A DNA stretch of 64,000 bases from Octopus vulgaris (Eukaryota), in NCBI GenBank assembly GCA_951406725.2, contig OX597817.1, positions 48,856,001 through 48,920,000 of the forward strand, given 5' to 3'. A program made the translations under genes and the position numbers. Below, piece by piece: positions 54,201 to 61,380 of the stretch (positions are counted from its first letter, which is position 1; the number at the start of each line of letters is the position of its first letter). Under the pieces are notes generated by a model, which was not told the origin of the DNA, did not search any database, and saw only the letters and a list, made by a program, of their open reading frames with translations.

Positions 54201-55725
54201 CGACAAGAAAAAAATTCACGTAACGTCCTTATAGCAAAAGCTATTAGGCTTATTAATGTATTTACACAGATCATGTTAATCACATAGATCTTTAGGCGAT
54301 TTAAAGCGAGATTCTCCTTCTCATCCAAATTTTTTTGAAACTGGAACTCAGAGGATATGTGCTCCGTTTTCTCGATATACAAATGTTTCTGTCCTGAATT
54401 AAGAGCTATAATTCTTAATATGACAGTTCACGTAGCCTATTGTTGTGGTGTTGTGAATAAAGTGCAAATTCACATTAAAGCATAGGAAACTTTAAAACGT
54501 TTTTAACAAAAAGACTAAATCTGACAAAAGACTTGAATATCAAAAAGTAAAAAATAGTCGAAAATTTAACAAAAACATCCAACTGGTTTTATAAAATGGG
54601 ACAACCAATGACGAAAATAACTTTGAAAGAAATACTAGAAGTAATAAATGCTGTTGCTCTTAAAATACAATCTGTTTCAAAAGTCTTGTCTCAGAACTTG
54701 CCCATGATACACACACTCTCTCTCTCTCTCTCATACATCTTTTACTTGTTTCAGCTATTAGACTGCGGCCATGCTGGAGCACTGCCTTGAAGGGCTTAGG
54801 TCGAACAAATCGACACCAGTACTTTTTCCGAAGCCTGGTACTTATACTGTTGGTTTACTATTGTCGAACCCTTAAGTTACAGGAACGTAAACAAACTAAC
54901 AACGGTTGTCATGCGCTGATAGGAAACAGGCACAAGTACACGCATATAAATATAAACGAGTGTGTGTGTAACTTAATCTCCCTCTATCAAATCTACTCAC
55001 AATGCTTGGTAAACTCGGGACTGTAGTGAAAGATACTTGCCCAAAGTGCCACACAGTGGGACTGAACCTGGAACCATGAGGTTGGGAAGAAACTTCTTAC
55101 GACACAGCCACGCCCGCATCTATATATCTCACTGTATTGGCCAGAGTATCAGACGTTTCTAATACATTGCTGGTAACAATGCGGTTCCTCGCATGGTTAC
55201 TATTTTACTTGTTTCAGTCATTTGACTGTGGTCATGCTGGAGCACCGCCTTCAGTCGAGCAAATGGACTTCAGGACTTATTCTTTGTAAGCCTAGTACTT
55301 ATTTTATCGGTCTCTTTTGCCGAACCGTTAAGTTATGGGGACGTAAACACACCAGCATCGGTTGTCAAGACATCACCGCTGGGAGTTACCAGGGACTTCC
55401 ATGGTAGGCAAACGGCTAACTGTTAAAAGGATGAAATATTTAACAGGAAGAATTATCTATATGTTGTTTTTTTTTTATATATTCGTTTTTATCACAGGTA
55501 TTTCAAAAACTTAACTGAAAGACGATGTAACATACCTTGAACGAAAGCAGTATAAGATAGAATAACAAGAAGAACCCGAGGTTGATTGAATATTTGCAAC
55601 CAAGGCGGTCGAAAGGGACCGAAACCGTAACGAAGATCTTCTGTTTCTTCATCTTGAGTAACTTGGGTTCCATTTTCTTGAATGCTTTGTTTAACCGGTT
55701 CATTTGTCTTCGTCTCGTTGTCCAT
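3355..55725 (-). CDS. SLCO4A1: Organic anion transporting polypeptide (OATP/SLCO family, SLCO4A-like); 11 coding exons, 672 aa
   Basis: Hand-spliced exons: 55725-55536, 44462-44187, 38607-38431, 30768-30672, 22461-22340, 18154-17906, 16613-16421, 14286-14106, 12200-12034, 7995-7931, 3656-3355. All introns are GT-AG with matching phases and sum to 2019 nt. Contains the OATP signature DPRWIGAWW, a Kazal-like loop [20 protein letters not shown] and the C-terminal [14 protein letters not shown] motif. Subfamily assignment is by resemblance only. Confidence 0.93.
3942..4360. repeat. Perfect 66-bp direct repeat (3942-4007 and 4295-4360) flanking a 287-bp insert
   Basis: caaaattagaaatattaaatttctaaatatctcagagagatatgagcggtggtggaatgatagagc occurs twice, identical. 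Confidence 0.92.
4168..4209 (-). ncRNA. Minimal type-I hammerhead ribozyme motif (PLE/retrozyme type)
   Basis: Minus strand: tccaga-CTGATGA-cgagcaagactca-GAAA-CATG-TC-tctgga. 6-bp stem I, intact core, GUC triplet and palindromic ACATGT in stem III. Confidence 0.72.
5471..5517 (-). ncRNA. Minimal type-I hammerhead ribozyme-like motif
   Basis: Minus strand: atctgtg-CTGATGA-aggg-aaataa-ccc-GAAA-ATCGCGAT-A-cacagat. Perfect 7-bp stem I and palindromic stem III region. Confidence 0.65.
5901..6444 (+). mobile_element. 5'-truncated Tx1/L1-like LINE 3' end inserted in a (CT)n tract
   Basis: Peptide [15 protein letters not shown]...[15 protein letters not shown]...FRKRW is homologous to the 50975-51475 ORF. 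Ends ggtgaataaagaaatt; (CT)n on both sides; absent from the paralogous segment near 2970. Confidence 0.8.
7330..7888 (-). mobile_element. Two tandem Family C tRNA-derived (V-domain-like) SINEs
   Basis: Heads gtggaggcgcaatggcccagtggttaggg and gtggaagcgcgtggcttagtggttaggg with B-boxes, plus gcgatggactggcgt.ccgtccagct domains. Confidence 0.82.
7931..7995 (-). CDS. SLCO4A1: SLCO coding exon 10 ([21 protein letters not shown])
   Basis: 65-nt exon read manually. Acceptor ttgcttgcAG, donor GTAAAA. R-C..P...RS..LG and TM11 Arg. Confidence 0.92.
8259..8400. repeat. Short inverted repeat embedded in (TA)n
   Basis: 36-bp perfect core, 8279-8314 versus 8344-8379 (ccaaggctgtgaggagttttcaggacatttataagg), with imperfect extensions. 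Confidence 0.88.
8529..8953. mobile_element. MITE with ~28-bp TIRs (GGATCTTTTCGGTTTGAACGGCAGTTTT)
   Basis: TIRs at both ends; a second copy lies in opposite orientation at 55851-56259. Confidence 0.8.
9079..10343 (+). mobile_element. Decayed Tc1/mariner-superfamily transposon with a nested SINE
   Basis: TIRs cagagtgttcgggctaaatttgaca and tgtcaaatttagccataacaccctg-TA. Transposase remnants (HIFEQGLKL; [15 protein letters not shown]). Confidence 0.72.
9545..9962 (-). mobile_element. Family A SINE dimer inserted in the transposase remnant
   Basis: Flanked by duplicated tccttgtcatac (TSD). Confidence 0.85.
10587..11118. mobile_element. Tc1/mariner-type MITE with ~195-bp inverted arms and a 138-bp foreign spacer
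   Basis: TA-cagggttg...taaccctg ends. Arms 10587-10782 and 10921-11118 are reverse complements. Confidence 0.85.
11858..11956. repeat. 26-bp minisatellite, ~3.5 copies (tgattgtggcctgtcgaactgtgcca)
   Basis: Directly visible tandem units. Confidence 0.8.
12034..12200 (-). CDS. SLCO4A1: SLCO coding exon 9 (TYLNCSCV...GKCPAKRC...TPMVSIIL)
   Basis: Read manually. Acceptor tttttatAG, donor GTAAAT. Y.NCSC and G.C...C motifs followed by TM10. Confidence 0.94.
13708..13996. repeat. Palindromic element with ~130-bp arms and a 20-nt loop
   Basis: 13708-13846 is the reverse complement of 13867-13996. A single arm recurs at about 43390-43910. Confidence 0.88.
14106..14286 (-). CDS. SLCO4A1: SLCO coding exon 8, Kazal-like extracellular loop
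   Basis: Read manually: ...[40 protein letters not shown]. Acceptor ttttgtAG, donor GTAAG. Confidence 0.95.
14801..15625 (+). mobile_element. Family B SINE interrupted by an RTE 3'-UTR fragment containing ~55-60-bp tandem repeats
   Basis: SINE head at 14801. Insert 14978-15395 has 3.5 copies of cgtctggcacctgtgtcggtggcacataaaaa... and ends in (GAT)n. The SINE tail resumes near 15420. Confidence 0.8.
15966..16157. repeat. Palindromic MITE-like element with ~75-bp arms
   Basis: ttctgttgtgtctggggaga...ctcaccggtaaaattt versus aaattttaccggtgag...tctccccagacacaacagaa. Confidence 0.85.
16421..16613 (-). CDS. SLCO4A1: SLCO coding exon 7 ([17 protein letters not shown]...FAGITHNYN)
   Basis: Acceptor ctttttaaAG, donor GTAAGT. 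TM8-9 and the C..FAG motif. Confidence 0.93.
16880..17275. repeat. 26-bp minisatellite, ~15 copies (ggcacccgtgccggtgacatgtaaga)
   Basis: Visible tandem units. Continues directly into the RTE-tail motif gtggttggcattgggaagggcatc...(GAT)n. Confidence 0.9.
17707..17807 (+). pseudogene. tRNA-Leu (CAA-type, intron-containing) pseudogene
   Basis: gtcagaatggccgagtggtctaaagcgccag...ttctggtccacgaatgtgggcgtgggtttgaatcccacttctgaca matches the eukaryotic tRNA-Leu(CAA) scaffold with a long variable arm. The anticodon loop is lost, an intron-like insert is retained and the T-loop reads TTTGA. Confidence 0.8.
17906..18154 (-). CDS. SLCO4A1: SLCO coding exon 6 ([11 protein letters not shown]...LFKNPVF...[11 protein letters not shown]...ALIS)
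   Basis: Acceptor cattttAG, donor GTATTG. NPVF and LPKFFENQF motifs. Confidence 0.92.
18212..18434. mobile_element. Small Tc1/mariner MITE
   Basis: TA-cagggtgtggcagaaataacaccc ... gggcgttactttgctgcacccta-TA. Confidence 0.65.
18573..18970 (+). mobile_element. Family B SINE
   Basis: Full-length match to the 1243-1645 copy. Confidence 0.85.
19584..20378. repeat. Long near-perfect inverted repeat (381-bp arms, 33-nt loop)
   Basis: 19584-19964 is the reverse complement of 19998-20378 with few mismatches. Starts immediately after (TA)n. Confidence 0.93.
21010..21301 (+). mobile_element. Family D tRNA-derived SINE
   Basis: Head gcacatggctcagtggttagagcgtcgagcttac. A homologous copy lies at 32525-32853. 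Confidence 0.78.
21520..22022 (-). mobile_element. Family B SINE with expanded internal microsatellite
   Basis: Reverse complement of the 1243-1645 unit. Confidence 0.83.
22195..22254 (-). ncRNA. Hammerhead ribozyme-like motif in a PLE-end-like fragment
   Basis: Minus strand: cctag-CTGATGA-gctttaa[gtgtc-aattc-ggcac]agaaaat-GAAA-tCAATTGt-TA-ctggg. Stem I is cctag/ctggg with a palindromic stem III loop. Confidence 0.55.
22340..22461 (-). CDS. SLCO4A1: SLCO coding exon 5 ([22 protein letters not shown]...YARELP)
   Basis: Acceptor tatttccAG, donor GTAAAA. Carries the OATP superfamily signature D-x-RW-(I/V)-GAWW. Confidence 0.95.
22680..22996. repeat. Compound (TA)n/(TG)n microsatellite
   Basis: Low-complexity tract. 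Similar tracts at 20560-20805, 24045-24645 and 34420-34940. Confidence 0.9.
25140..26320 (-). mobile_element. 5'-truncated Penelope-like element (end of RT, GIY-YIG endonuclease, 3' pLTR)
   Basis: Peptides ..[18 protein letters not shown].., [22 protein letters not shown] and [29 protein letters not shown] (GIY-YIG). Frameshifted. Confidence 0.88.
25196..25241 (-). ncRNA. Hammerhead ribozyme-like motif in the PLE 3' end
   Basis: gacac-CTGATGA-aggctg-gagggtatat-cagcc-GAAA-ag-TT-gtgtt. Stem I gacac/gtgtt, stem II ggctg/cagcc. Copies at 37212-37254 and 39089-39134. Confidence 0.62.
26587..26890 (+). mobile_element. Family C SINE
   Basis: tRNA-like head gtggaggcacatggccaagtgattagagcagcgg...ggttcgaatc and V-domain-like gcgacggattggcgtcctgtccagg. 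A reverse copy lies at 49730-49967. Confidence 0.8.
27245..29386 (+). mobile_element. 5'-truncated RTE-like LINE (RT pseudogene, Cys-rich finger, repeat-containing 3' UTR, (GAT)n tail)
   Basis: [44 protein letters not shown] and HSSETW motifs. Multiple stops and frameshifts. Confidence 0.9.
30074..30639 (-). mobile_element. Internally deleted mariner (DD34D) element with intact TIRs and TA TSD
   Basis: TA-ttgggttgtccagaaagtccgtgcc...ggcacgaactttccggacaacccaa-TA. Peptide [17 protein letters not shown]...GIFKLKERW. Confidence 0.92.
30672..30768 (-). CDS. SLCO4A1: SLCO coding exon 4 ([31 protein letters not shown])
   Basis: Not in the ORF track; read manually. Acceptor ttattacaAG, donor GTGAGT. 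GPAIGY..GG motif of TM5. Confidence 0.92.
31070..31269. mobile_element. hAT-type MITE, 200 bp, with 8-bp TSD GAATAAAG
   Basis: TIRs cagtgcttttcaacc and ggttgaaaaccactg. gaataaag at 31062-31069 and 31270-31277. Confidence 0.88.
31825..32150 (-). mobile_element. CR1-group LINE 3' end
   Basis: Minus-strand peptide [21 protein letters not shown]...[16 protein letters not shown]...AASNSL, followed by tail tggcggtgccccagcatggctacag...tgagctgaaact. Confidence 0.75.
32525..32853 (+). mobile_element. Family D SINE
   Basis: A-box, B-box gagttcgattccc and CORE-like gtgttcttgagcaag. Homologous to 21010-21301. Confidence 0.8.
33150..33475 (-). mobile_element. RTE-like LINE 3'-UTR fragment with (GAT)n tail
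   Basis: Matches 29230-29386. Similar fragments at 12740-13087 (+), 23410-23740 (-) and 38010-38257 (+). Confidence 0.78.
33733..34160. repeat. 30-bp minisatellite, ~14 copies (cagcacattgcggttcacctattgcacact)
   Basis: Visible tandem units; produces the repetitive ORFs in all three + frames. Confidence 0.92.
35211..35477. repeat. AT-rich inverted repeat (~110-130-bp arms) between (TA)n tracts
   Basis: atcaaattacaccatctagaaaattaca...ttgcaaaataat versus attattttgcaa...tgtaattttctagatggtgtaatttgat. Confidence 0.85.
36092..36957 (-). mobile_element. Second, shorter RTE-like LINE copy
   Basis: [16 protein letters not shown]...[19 protein letters not shown] and RLCWYGHV are homologous to 28183-28800. 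Confidence 0.85.
37128..37402 (-). mobile_element. Solo PLE 3' end (tRNA-like head, AAT-rich linker, degenerate hammerhead) inserted in a Family B SINE
   Basis: Homologous to 25140-25400. Begins at the tRNA-like A-box tgtagtggttaagag. Confidence 0.75.
38431..38607 (-). CDS. SLCO4A1: SLCO coding exon 3 (...[25 protein letters not shown]...PFYIG)
   Basis: Acceptor ttccaacAG, donor GTGAGT. OATP TM4 with the conserved LG.T..DD motif. Confidence 0.93.
39005..39235 (-). mobile_element. Solo PLE 3' end with hammerhead motif (39089-39134)
   Basis: Homologous to 25140-25290; gacac-CTGATGA-aggctg...cagcc-GAAA-tg-TT-gtgtt. Confidence 0.75.
39297..41586 (-). mobile_element. Neptune-type Penelope-like element, 5'-truncated, with an inverted 400-bp terminal repeat
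   Basis: RT motifs [32 protein letters not shown] and SDHP; a Cys-rich linker (C..C...C..C); GIY-YIG-like LVYAAEC...YV..T...L.KRF. 39297-39697 is the reverse complement of 41187-41586. Confidence 0.9.
41884..42397. mobile_element. MITE-like repeat (second copy ~48630-49303 with a nested SINE at ~48926-49225)
   Basis: Shared ends ctgga(t/c)taacc..attaag..aaataag..cgt.cttag and aa.tgcttag..cctctatggg.ctt.atc..gcc, plus shared gtttacggcacaaaa.aaatcacttt. Confidence 0.65.
43500..43852 (+). mobile_element. Non-autonomous Helitron-like element
   Basis: 5' TC and 3' CTAG, terminal hairpin actagcact...agtgctagt, inserted between A and T with no TSD. The empty site ttcaaca|tttaaattt is seen at 13778-13793. 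Confidence 0.85.
44187..44462 (-). CDS. SLCO4A1: SLCO coding exon 2 ([23 protein letters not shown]...ALPHIF...NCL)
   Basis: Acceptor ttttccAG, donor GTAAGT. Contains EKRF, SVYDI and LPH motifs of OATP TM1-3. Confidence 0.93.
44553..44985 (+). mobile_element. Family B SINE with a duplicated 5' head, ~90 bp from the exon 2 acceptor
   Basis: gtgtgcgcaggagtggctgtgtg.taagtagct occurs twice in tandem, followed by the full body. Confidence 0.85.
45455..46158. mobile_element. Head-to-head inverted Family A SINEs (45455-45880 minus; 45908-46158 plus)
   Basis: Reverse-complementary SINE bodies separated by about 30 bp. Confidence 0.83.
47628..47862 (-). mobile_element. Family A SINE with TSD aattaatcttatttc
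   Basis: The TSD-like 15-mer occurs at about 47610 and 47862. Confidence 0.85.
50091..51714 (+). mobile_element. 5'-truncated Tx1/L1-clade LINE (RT end plus CCHC zinc finger) with a 16-bp TSD
   Basis: [22 protein letters not shown] and [18 protein letters not shown] motifs. TSD ggatgtggttcccggt at 50075-50090 and 51715-51730. Confidence 0.9.
52081..52668 (+). mobile_element. Family A SINE with an internal ~180-bp unit triplicated
   Basis: Three tandem copies of tatttcgtctgccgttacgttctg...cccttgtgggtagtaaagaaata. Confidence 0.87.
55536..55725 (-). CDS. SLCO4A1: SLCO coding exon 1 (MDNETK...YTAFVQG)
   Basis: ATG at 55725 lies 4 nt after an acceptor (tttcctttaacAG). Ends at donor G|GTATG. N-terminus [17 protein letters not shown] is typical of OATP4. 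Confidence 0.9.
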
Positions 55726-55850
55726 GAGTCTGTTAAAGGAAAAAAATAATTATATTTTATTGAGGAGATAATGCCTTTTATACGATAAATATTTGTTTGT
55801 TATACCAATTCAGAATAACAAATGTATTAGCGTATTTCATTACAGTCTAA

Positions 55851-56259
55851 GGATCTTTTCGGTTTGAACGACAGTTTTTAACATAATTTGTAGGTAACTA
55901 AAAAATTTTAAACTTCGTATACTGGTAGAATGTGTTTATAGAACATCTTTTTCTCTTGGCTTTATTGAGAAAATTCTATAGTTTGTAAGATATTTTCTTC
56001 AATTTCTGCAATTTCAACCAATCAGTGACATGTATTGAGGTAAAAAAAACATTCTGTGCCGTATGAATATGTCCCTCGTTTAAGAAACAGATTGGGTTTA
56101 TTTACATTTGTGAAGAAAAAAAAGACACCCTTCCCCACACCCATAATCCTAACCCTAAAACAGATTGAAATGCAATAGATCGATACTTGGGTCATAATTA
56201 TGGGTGACAATTTTATATGACACCGCTAGAAAAAACTGCCGTTCAAACCGTAAAGATCC
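55851..56259. mobile_element. MITE, same family as 8529-8953, opposite orientation
   Basis: ggatcttttcggtttgaacgacagtttt ... aaaactgccgttcaaaccgtaaagatcc. Confidence 0.82.
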
Positions 56260-56959
56260 CAGGGATCAAAGTAAAATATTTAGCAAATATTTGGACCAGT
56301 TGTGGCTGAGAATATCTCGATCGATGATTATGTTAAAATAATATGTCGCTGTACGGTTACTTTTTTTATTATTATCCATACAGACGTACCTAGAGGGGAC
56401 TGTACAATATGATCTGGGGGTCATATTTAACGAATGAGTTGGTTAAAAATTTAAAAACATGATAACATCGAATGGGGCACAAAAGACATTAACAAACAAT
56501 GAGGACAGCATGAGGTTAAAAGTAGACAGGTCTGCTCCGACCCCACGAGCCCTGCCCTTTTAACCGACACCTTGCTTTTCCATTATGACATGCTCTCGCA
56601 GGGTCTTTTACTCCCAACATGCGTGCAATACGTGTCCATCGTTTTTGAAACACTCTGTGACAGACACCTTCTCTCTAACCCCACATGTCGCTGAACGGTT
56701 AAGAAGCTCGTTTTGTAGCCACATGTTTTGAAGTTCAGTACCAGTGCGCGGATTTTTGGGCAAGTGACTTCTAATACAGCCCTGGGTCAACAAATGCATT
56801 GTGAGTGAATATGATAGATATAAACTATGTAAAAATCCGTTGTGCACATTATGTTGTATACTTGTTGTGTTTTTTCAGCACTGCTTGGCAATCGGTGTTG
56901 GTTTGTGTTCTTTTCCGTAACAGTAGTTCTACGTCGGCAACTGGTGGAATGAATATAAT

Positions 56960-57390
56960 AAAAATAAATGCGCCCTTTTAATGCGTAACCGGCTCACAGG
57001 CCCGGTTTCAATGGCGTATCCCCAGCTGAACGGGACGCCAGTCCATCCTCATCCAACAAAACTACAATCTAGCTCTGAACAATATATATTTCAGGTATAA
57101 AGTAGATAAAAAAAATAATAAATGCGCCCTTTTAAAGCCTAGCTAGGCTCATGGGCCCTTTTAAAGCCTAGCCAGGTTAATGGGCCCGGTTTCTATGGCG
57201 TATGTGTTCCCCAGCTGGACGGAACGCCAGTCCATCGCAGCGTTACTCATTTTTGCCAGCTGAGTGGATTGGAGCAACGTGAAATGAAGTGTTTTGCTCA
57301 AGAACACAACGCGTCGCCGGTCCAGGAATCGAAACCACTATCTTACGATCATGGTGCTGACACCCTAACCACTAAGCCACGCGCCTCCAC
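56960..57390 (-). mobile_element. Family C SINE plus an adjacent tail fragment
   Basis: Near-identical to 7634-7888. Confidence 0.82.
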
Positions 57391-58556
57391 GATGGAATGA
57401 ATAGCAGACGTAAAAAGGAAGGGGGAAATACTAGGGTGAATTTCTACGACAAATAATCTCAAGCCGATTACCCGCTGTCCAATGACTGAAACAAGTAAAA
57501 GGTAAAAATAATAATAATAAAAAGATGTAAACATTCTAATATAAACAAATGCATGAATTCATTTCATTTAAATGGTTTAAAACGAAAGGCAAATCTGAAT
57601 GTGAAAGACGTCCTAATTACGTTTGCAGTGGTTAACGAACTTGATATGTCCGTACATAGTAAAATCCAACACGATTTTTCCAATAACATTCTTTTAATTA
57701 ACCTGTTGGGGCTGTACTTCAAAATTTTGTCCTATTTCTCTCTCATTTCTAGTATTTATTTTACGTGCAACTTGTCACACGTGTGTGTGTCTGTTTCTTT
57801 ATTGCCCACAAGGGGCGCACACAGACGGGACAATACAAGACATGTGGGGACTTATAACAATCAAAAAAAAGAAATTAAAGTATGATAATATAAATGACAA
57901 TGAAAAATGGAAGTGGAACCACTCGCCCCACTTACGAGCAGCCCCATTTTCTACCTTTTAAAACCTGATCCCTCTAGCATATCAAAACCAGTTTCTTCCA
58001 ATAGACTGTCATATGTCGTGTAATTTGGTAGCAAATCCCAGTCATAATCTAACTCAAAATGTAACCGTTTTCAGACGTATATATTATCTCCTCTTGTTCC
58101 TTTGTTGGGAACACACACCTGTGCCACTCCCTGATATTATTGTACCCAATAGTTCCTACTTCCTTTATCTCATCCCATGAAAACACCGCATCTATCAAAT
58201 CGTTATTAGATCCATATAGTATGAAAGCTTTACAGTTTTTTTTTTTTTACTTCGGGGGTGAAGTTTGAAATTCTTTCTGTGTGTATAACGCGTGCATTTA
58301 CTTAGAAAAACGATACCTAATGCTTTGCTAAAGCGAAATTAATATTATATATACATACATAGATATTAGGCAGAAGCAACAAAGTGACTCTAGGTCCGAG
58401 AGTTTCGTGCATTAGCACTTATCACAAAAGTTACGGACGTTACGTCATTCTTTGCTTTTGTTGAATATTAATAAAAATAGATTTTAAGTTCTATTTTTTC
58501 CTGCTGGCATCACCATACCTGTACATATATTCCTGTCTGCTTATCTCTCTCCCCTC

Positions 58557-58991
58557 GTGGAAGACGCGAGCAAAAGGGATTGCGACAGGTCAATTCATCT
58601 GCGGACGTGGGCTGGTGAATTACTTCGCTGCCCATCTGTCCAGCAAGATCCGTCTGCAGAGGAGGAGCCTGCCGCAAAGAGCGTTTGGAAAAAGATGGAC
58701 GACAGCGGTAAGAAAGACGAGAATGCACGAGGCTGGGCTTGCACGGTCGGTCGGAGCATAAAAGGAAGGAAAAAGATTCTCAAAAGGGGATAACCAACCG
58801 GCGGGTTAACTCACTGACCCGGACCCAAAACTCATCCGATCATCATTTACATTTATAATTTTAACCCTCATTCACAATATATGTAAACCCATCCGGTTTT
58901 TCACACTGTATATAAGAAGCGAGTTTGTACCTCAAATGTCCCTTGTCTGTCCTTGTAATGTCCCCTCTATGAAAACCTTTTAATAAAGAAA
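58557..58991 (+). mobile_element. Tx1/L1-like 3' fragment, same family as 50091-51714
   Basis: High identity to 51271-51712; flanked by duplicated tatctctctcc. Confidence 0.85.
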
Positions 58992-59787
58992 TATCTCTCT
59001 CCTCTCTCTCTCTATATATATATATGTGTGTGTGCGGTGGAGTCCTATCTACTTTTTTAGAGACCTGTAAGAAGGTTTGTTACCGTCTAAAAGAACAACA
59101 GGTCATTATTTTTTTGTCTTGCTTTTCTCTTGGCTTTTTCTCATGCCATCCTCACAAATTAATTCGTCAAATATTCAAACAATAGCATTACGAAAATTTA
59201 TGCAAAACGTAGATTAGTCCAGTTTCATTGAAATGACAAAAGAAGAAATATTAAGATTCAACCAACTGGAAGAACAACAAATTCACAATTTAATAGAATA
59301 CATGCAAAAACAACGACAAAGAGTGGGAAATTGCTTTATATTTGAAAAAGCTACTGTTGGCCTTCAGTCGAAATCAAATATATCTACCAATAATAGATTT
59401 TCAGTAATTTAACTAGGCGCGATAAGGAGCCTGCTTCCCAACCACATAATTCTAGGTTCAGTCTCACTGCATGGCACCTTGGGTATAGGTCTTCTACTAT
59501 AGCCTCAGGCCGACCAAAACTTTGTAAGTGGGTTTGATAGACGGAAACTGAAAGAATTCCATCGTCTATATGTGTGTCCCTACCACCACCTGACAACCAG
59601 TGTTGGCGTGTTTACGTCTTTAAAAAAACGTCATGTCGTCTATTTGTTCAACTAAAAATTGTCCAAGGCGGTGTCCCAGAATGACTGCAGTCTGGTAATC
59701 GAAACAAGAAAAAGAGAAAACATATAATCCTGATGACAGTGAAATTTATCTTGAATAGCAATGTGCACTTCAAAGCATATAACCTCG

Positions 59788-60238
59788 TGGTAAGACTTTC
59801 GCCCCCACCCACCCAAAAAATACCCTTTAAAAAATTATTTTTCGACACGAACTCCCCTTTTCGGCTACGGGGAATACGAATCTGCAAAAACATTGGCAAA
59901 AATCGACATTTTTAAATTACTACGGCCCCACACCCATTTCCTTCATTTTAAACTTTTTTCACAATTTTTTTTTTCAAAATCTGCGGAAAATACGGACATC
60001 ATGATTCGGACAAAAATTTCAAAACATTTCTATACTTACGGTTAGGGTTTTAGGGTTAGTGTTGGGGAAAAAAGTCAAAATTGAAGAAGTTGGGTGGAAA
60101 GGGGGAAAAAATTTCACAATGCCGATTTTTGGCAATTTTCCGGAACCTCCGTATCCGAAAACGGGGATTTTTGGCAAAAACATTACAAAAATAAAAAAAA
60201 AATTGGGAGAAAATGAGGTGGACGGCGGAAGACTTTCC
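59788..60238 (+). mobile_element. MITE-like repeat (inverted copy 63340-63803; partial copy 53040-53260)
   Basis: Shared ttagggttagtgttggggaaaaaagtcaaaattgaagaagttggg...ttttggcaaaaa core; short TIR-like ends gg.aagactt. Confidence 0.72.
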
Positions 60239-61104
60239 AACCTCGTAATCGACGATAAACAAAAGTTGTATTTGCGATCGTGAATTGGTCAGAAAACGAA
60301 CATCTTTTTCAGTTCGAACGAACAAGACGGTTTTGTATAAAGAATATTTAAGAAAAATTGACCAACTTCTAAATAAAAAAAAAAAAAATGCCACGTTCAG
60401 GCCGCTTCTAATATTTCGCTAATATAAGGCAGCGAGTTACCAGAATCTTTAGTACACATGGCAAAATGATTAACAGTATTTCGTCCGTCTCAACGTTTTG
60501 AGTTCAAATTACCCCCACAATCAACTTTCCCTTTCGTCCCATCTGGGTAGATAAAAGATGCTGAGCACTGAGGTCGCTGCAATCGACTTGCTCCCTCTCC
60601 CGAACTTGCTGACGTTGCGACAAAATTTGAAAATCAATATTTACTAATGAGATCGTTGGCACGGGACTTCAAAATCGAAGATAACACTTCGAACAATGTC
60701 GAACTTCTGATCTATGACCAAAGTGTTACGTTTATGCCGCATAAAGAAAATCGCAGTGCTTGTCTCCATGACGAAAATCCATTGCGTATTAAGTCGACAA
60801 ATTTATCTGTTTGTGCTAAACAAACTACAATTACTCAGCGGAACTGTATCAACGATAAACGACATTAACCATATTTATACTATTTCATCCATATATATAT
60901 ATATATATATAATTTTTTCGTAATGAGATAAAAAAAGAACCCAATGTTGTGTAGATTTTAGAGCAGCTGTTTCCAGGATATTTATTATATCCCTTCATCG
61001 GAGACGGTGTGAGAGGATGGTTAAGAAATAGTTAATTTAGATAAGATATAAAATAGAGAGTGAGGTGGAGGAAATAAAAGAAAATAGATGTGAGATATGT
61101 AAAG

Positions 61105-61380
61105 ACATTGCATTTGTAGATCCATTTTTAAGGCACAATGGTATACATGTAAGATTCCAATACCTTATGAGTAAAATCCAATAGAATTTATAATTGTTCA
61201 TTCCAAGTATAGAGTTACTGAATCCAGGGCTGTGATTAAAGTGACCTTTTAGGCAGAATGGTATACATATAATATTCCAATACCTTATGAGTAAAATCCA
61301 ATAGTATTTAAAATTTGTCATTTTCAAGTATAGAGTTTATACAGTGTTATTGAATCAAGGGTTTTATTTAAAGTGACCTA
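61105..61380. repeat. Tandem duplication of a ~120-bp unit in a PLE-end-like AT-rich segment
   Basis: aggca.aatggtataca...ttccaataccttatgagtaaaatccaatag...ttaaagtgacct occurs twice. Confidence 0.8.

Noticed and set aside
60041-60060. TTAGGG telomere-like repeats (also near 8630 and 53082)
   Set aside because: Only 1-2 units, internal to MITE families; not an interstitial telomere array.
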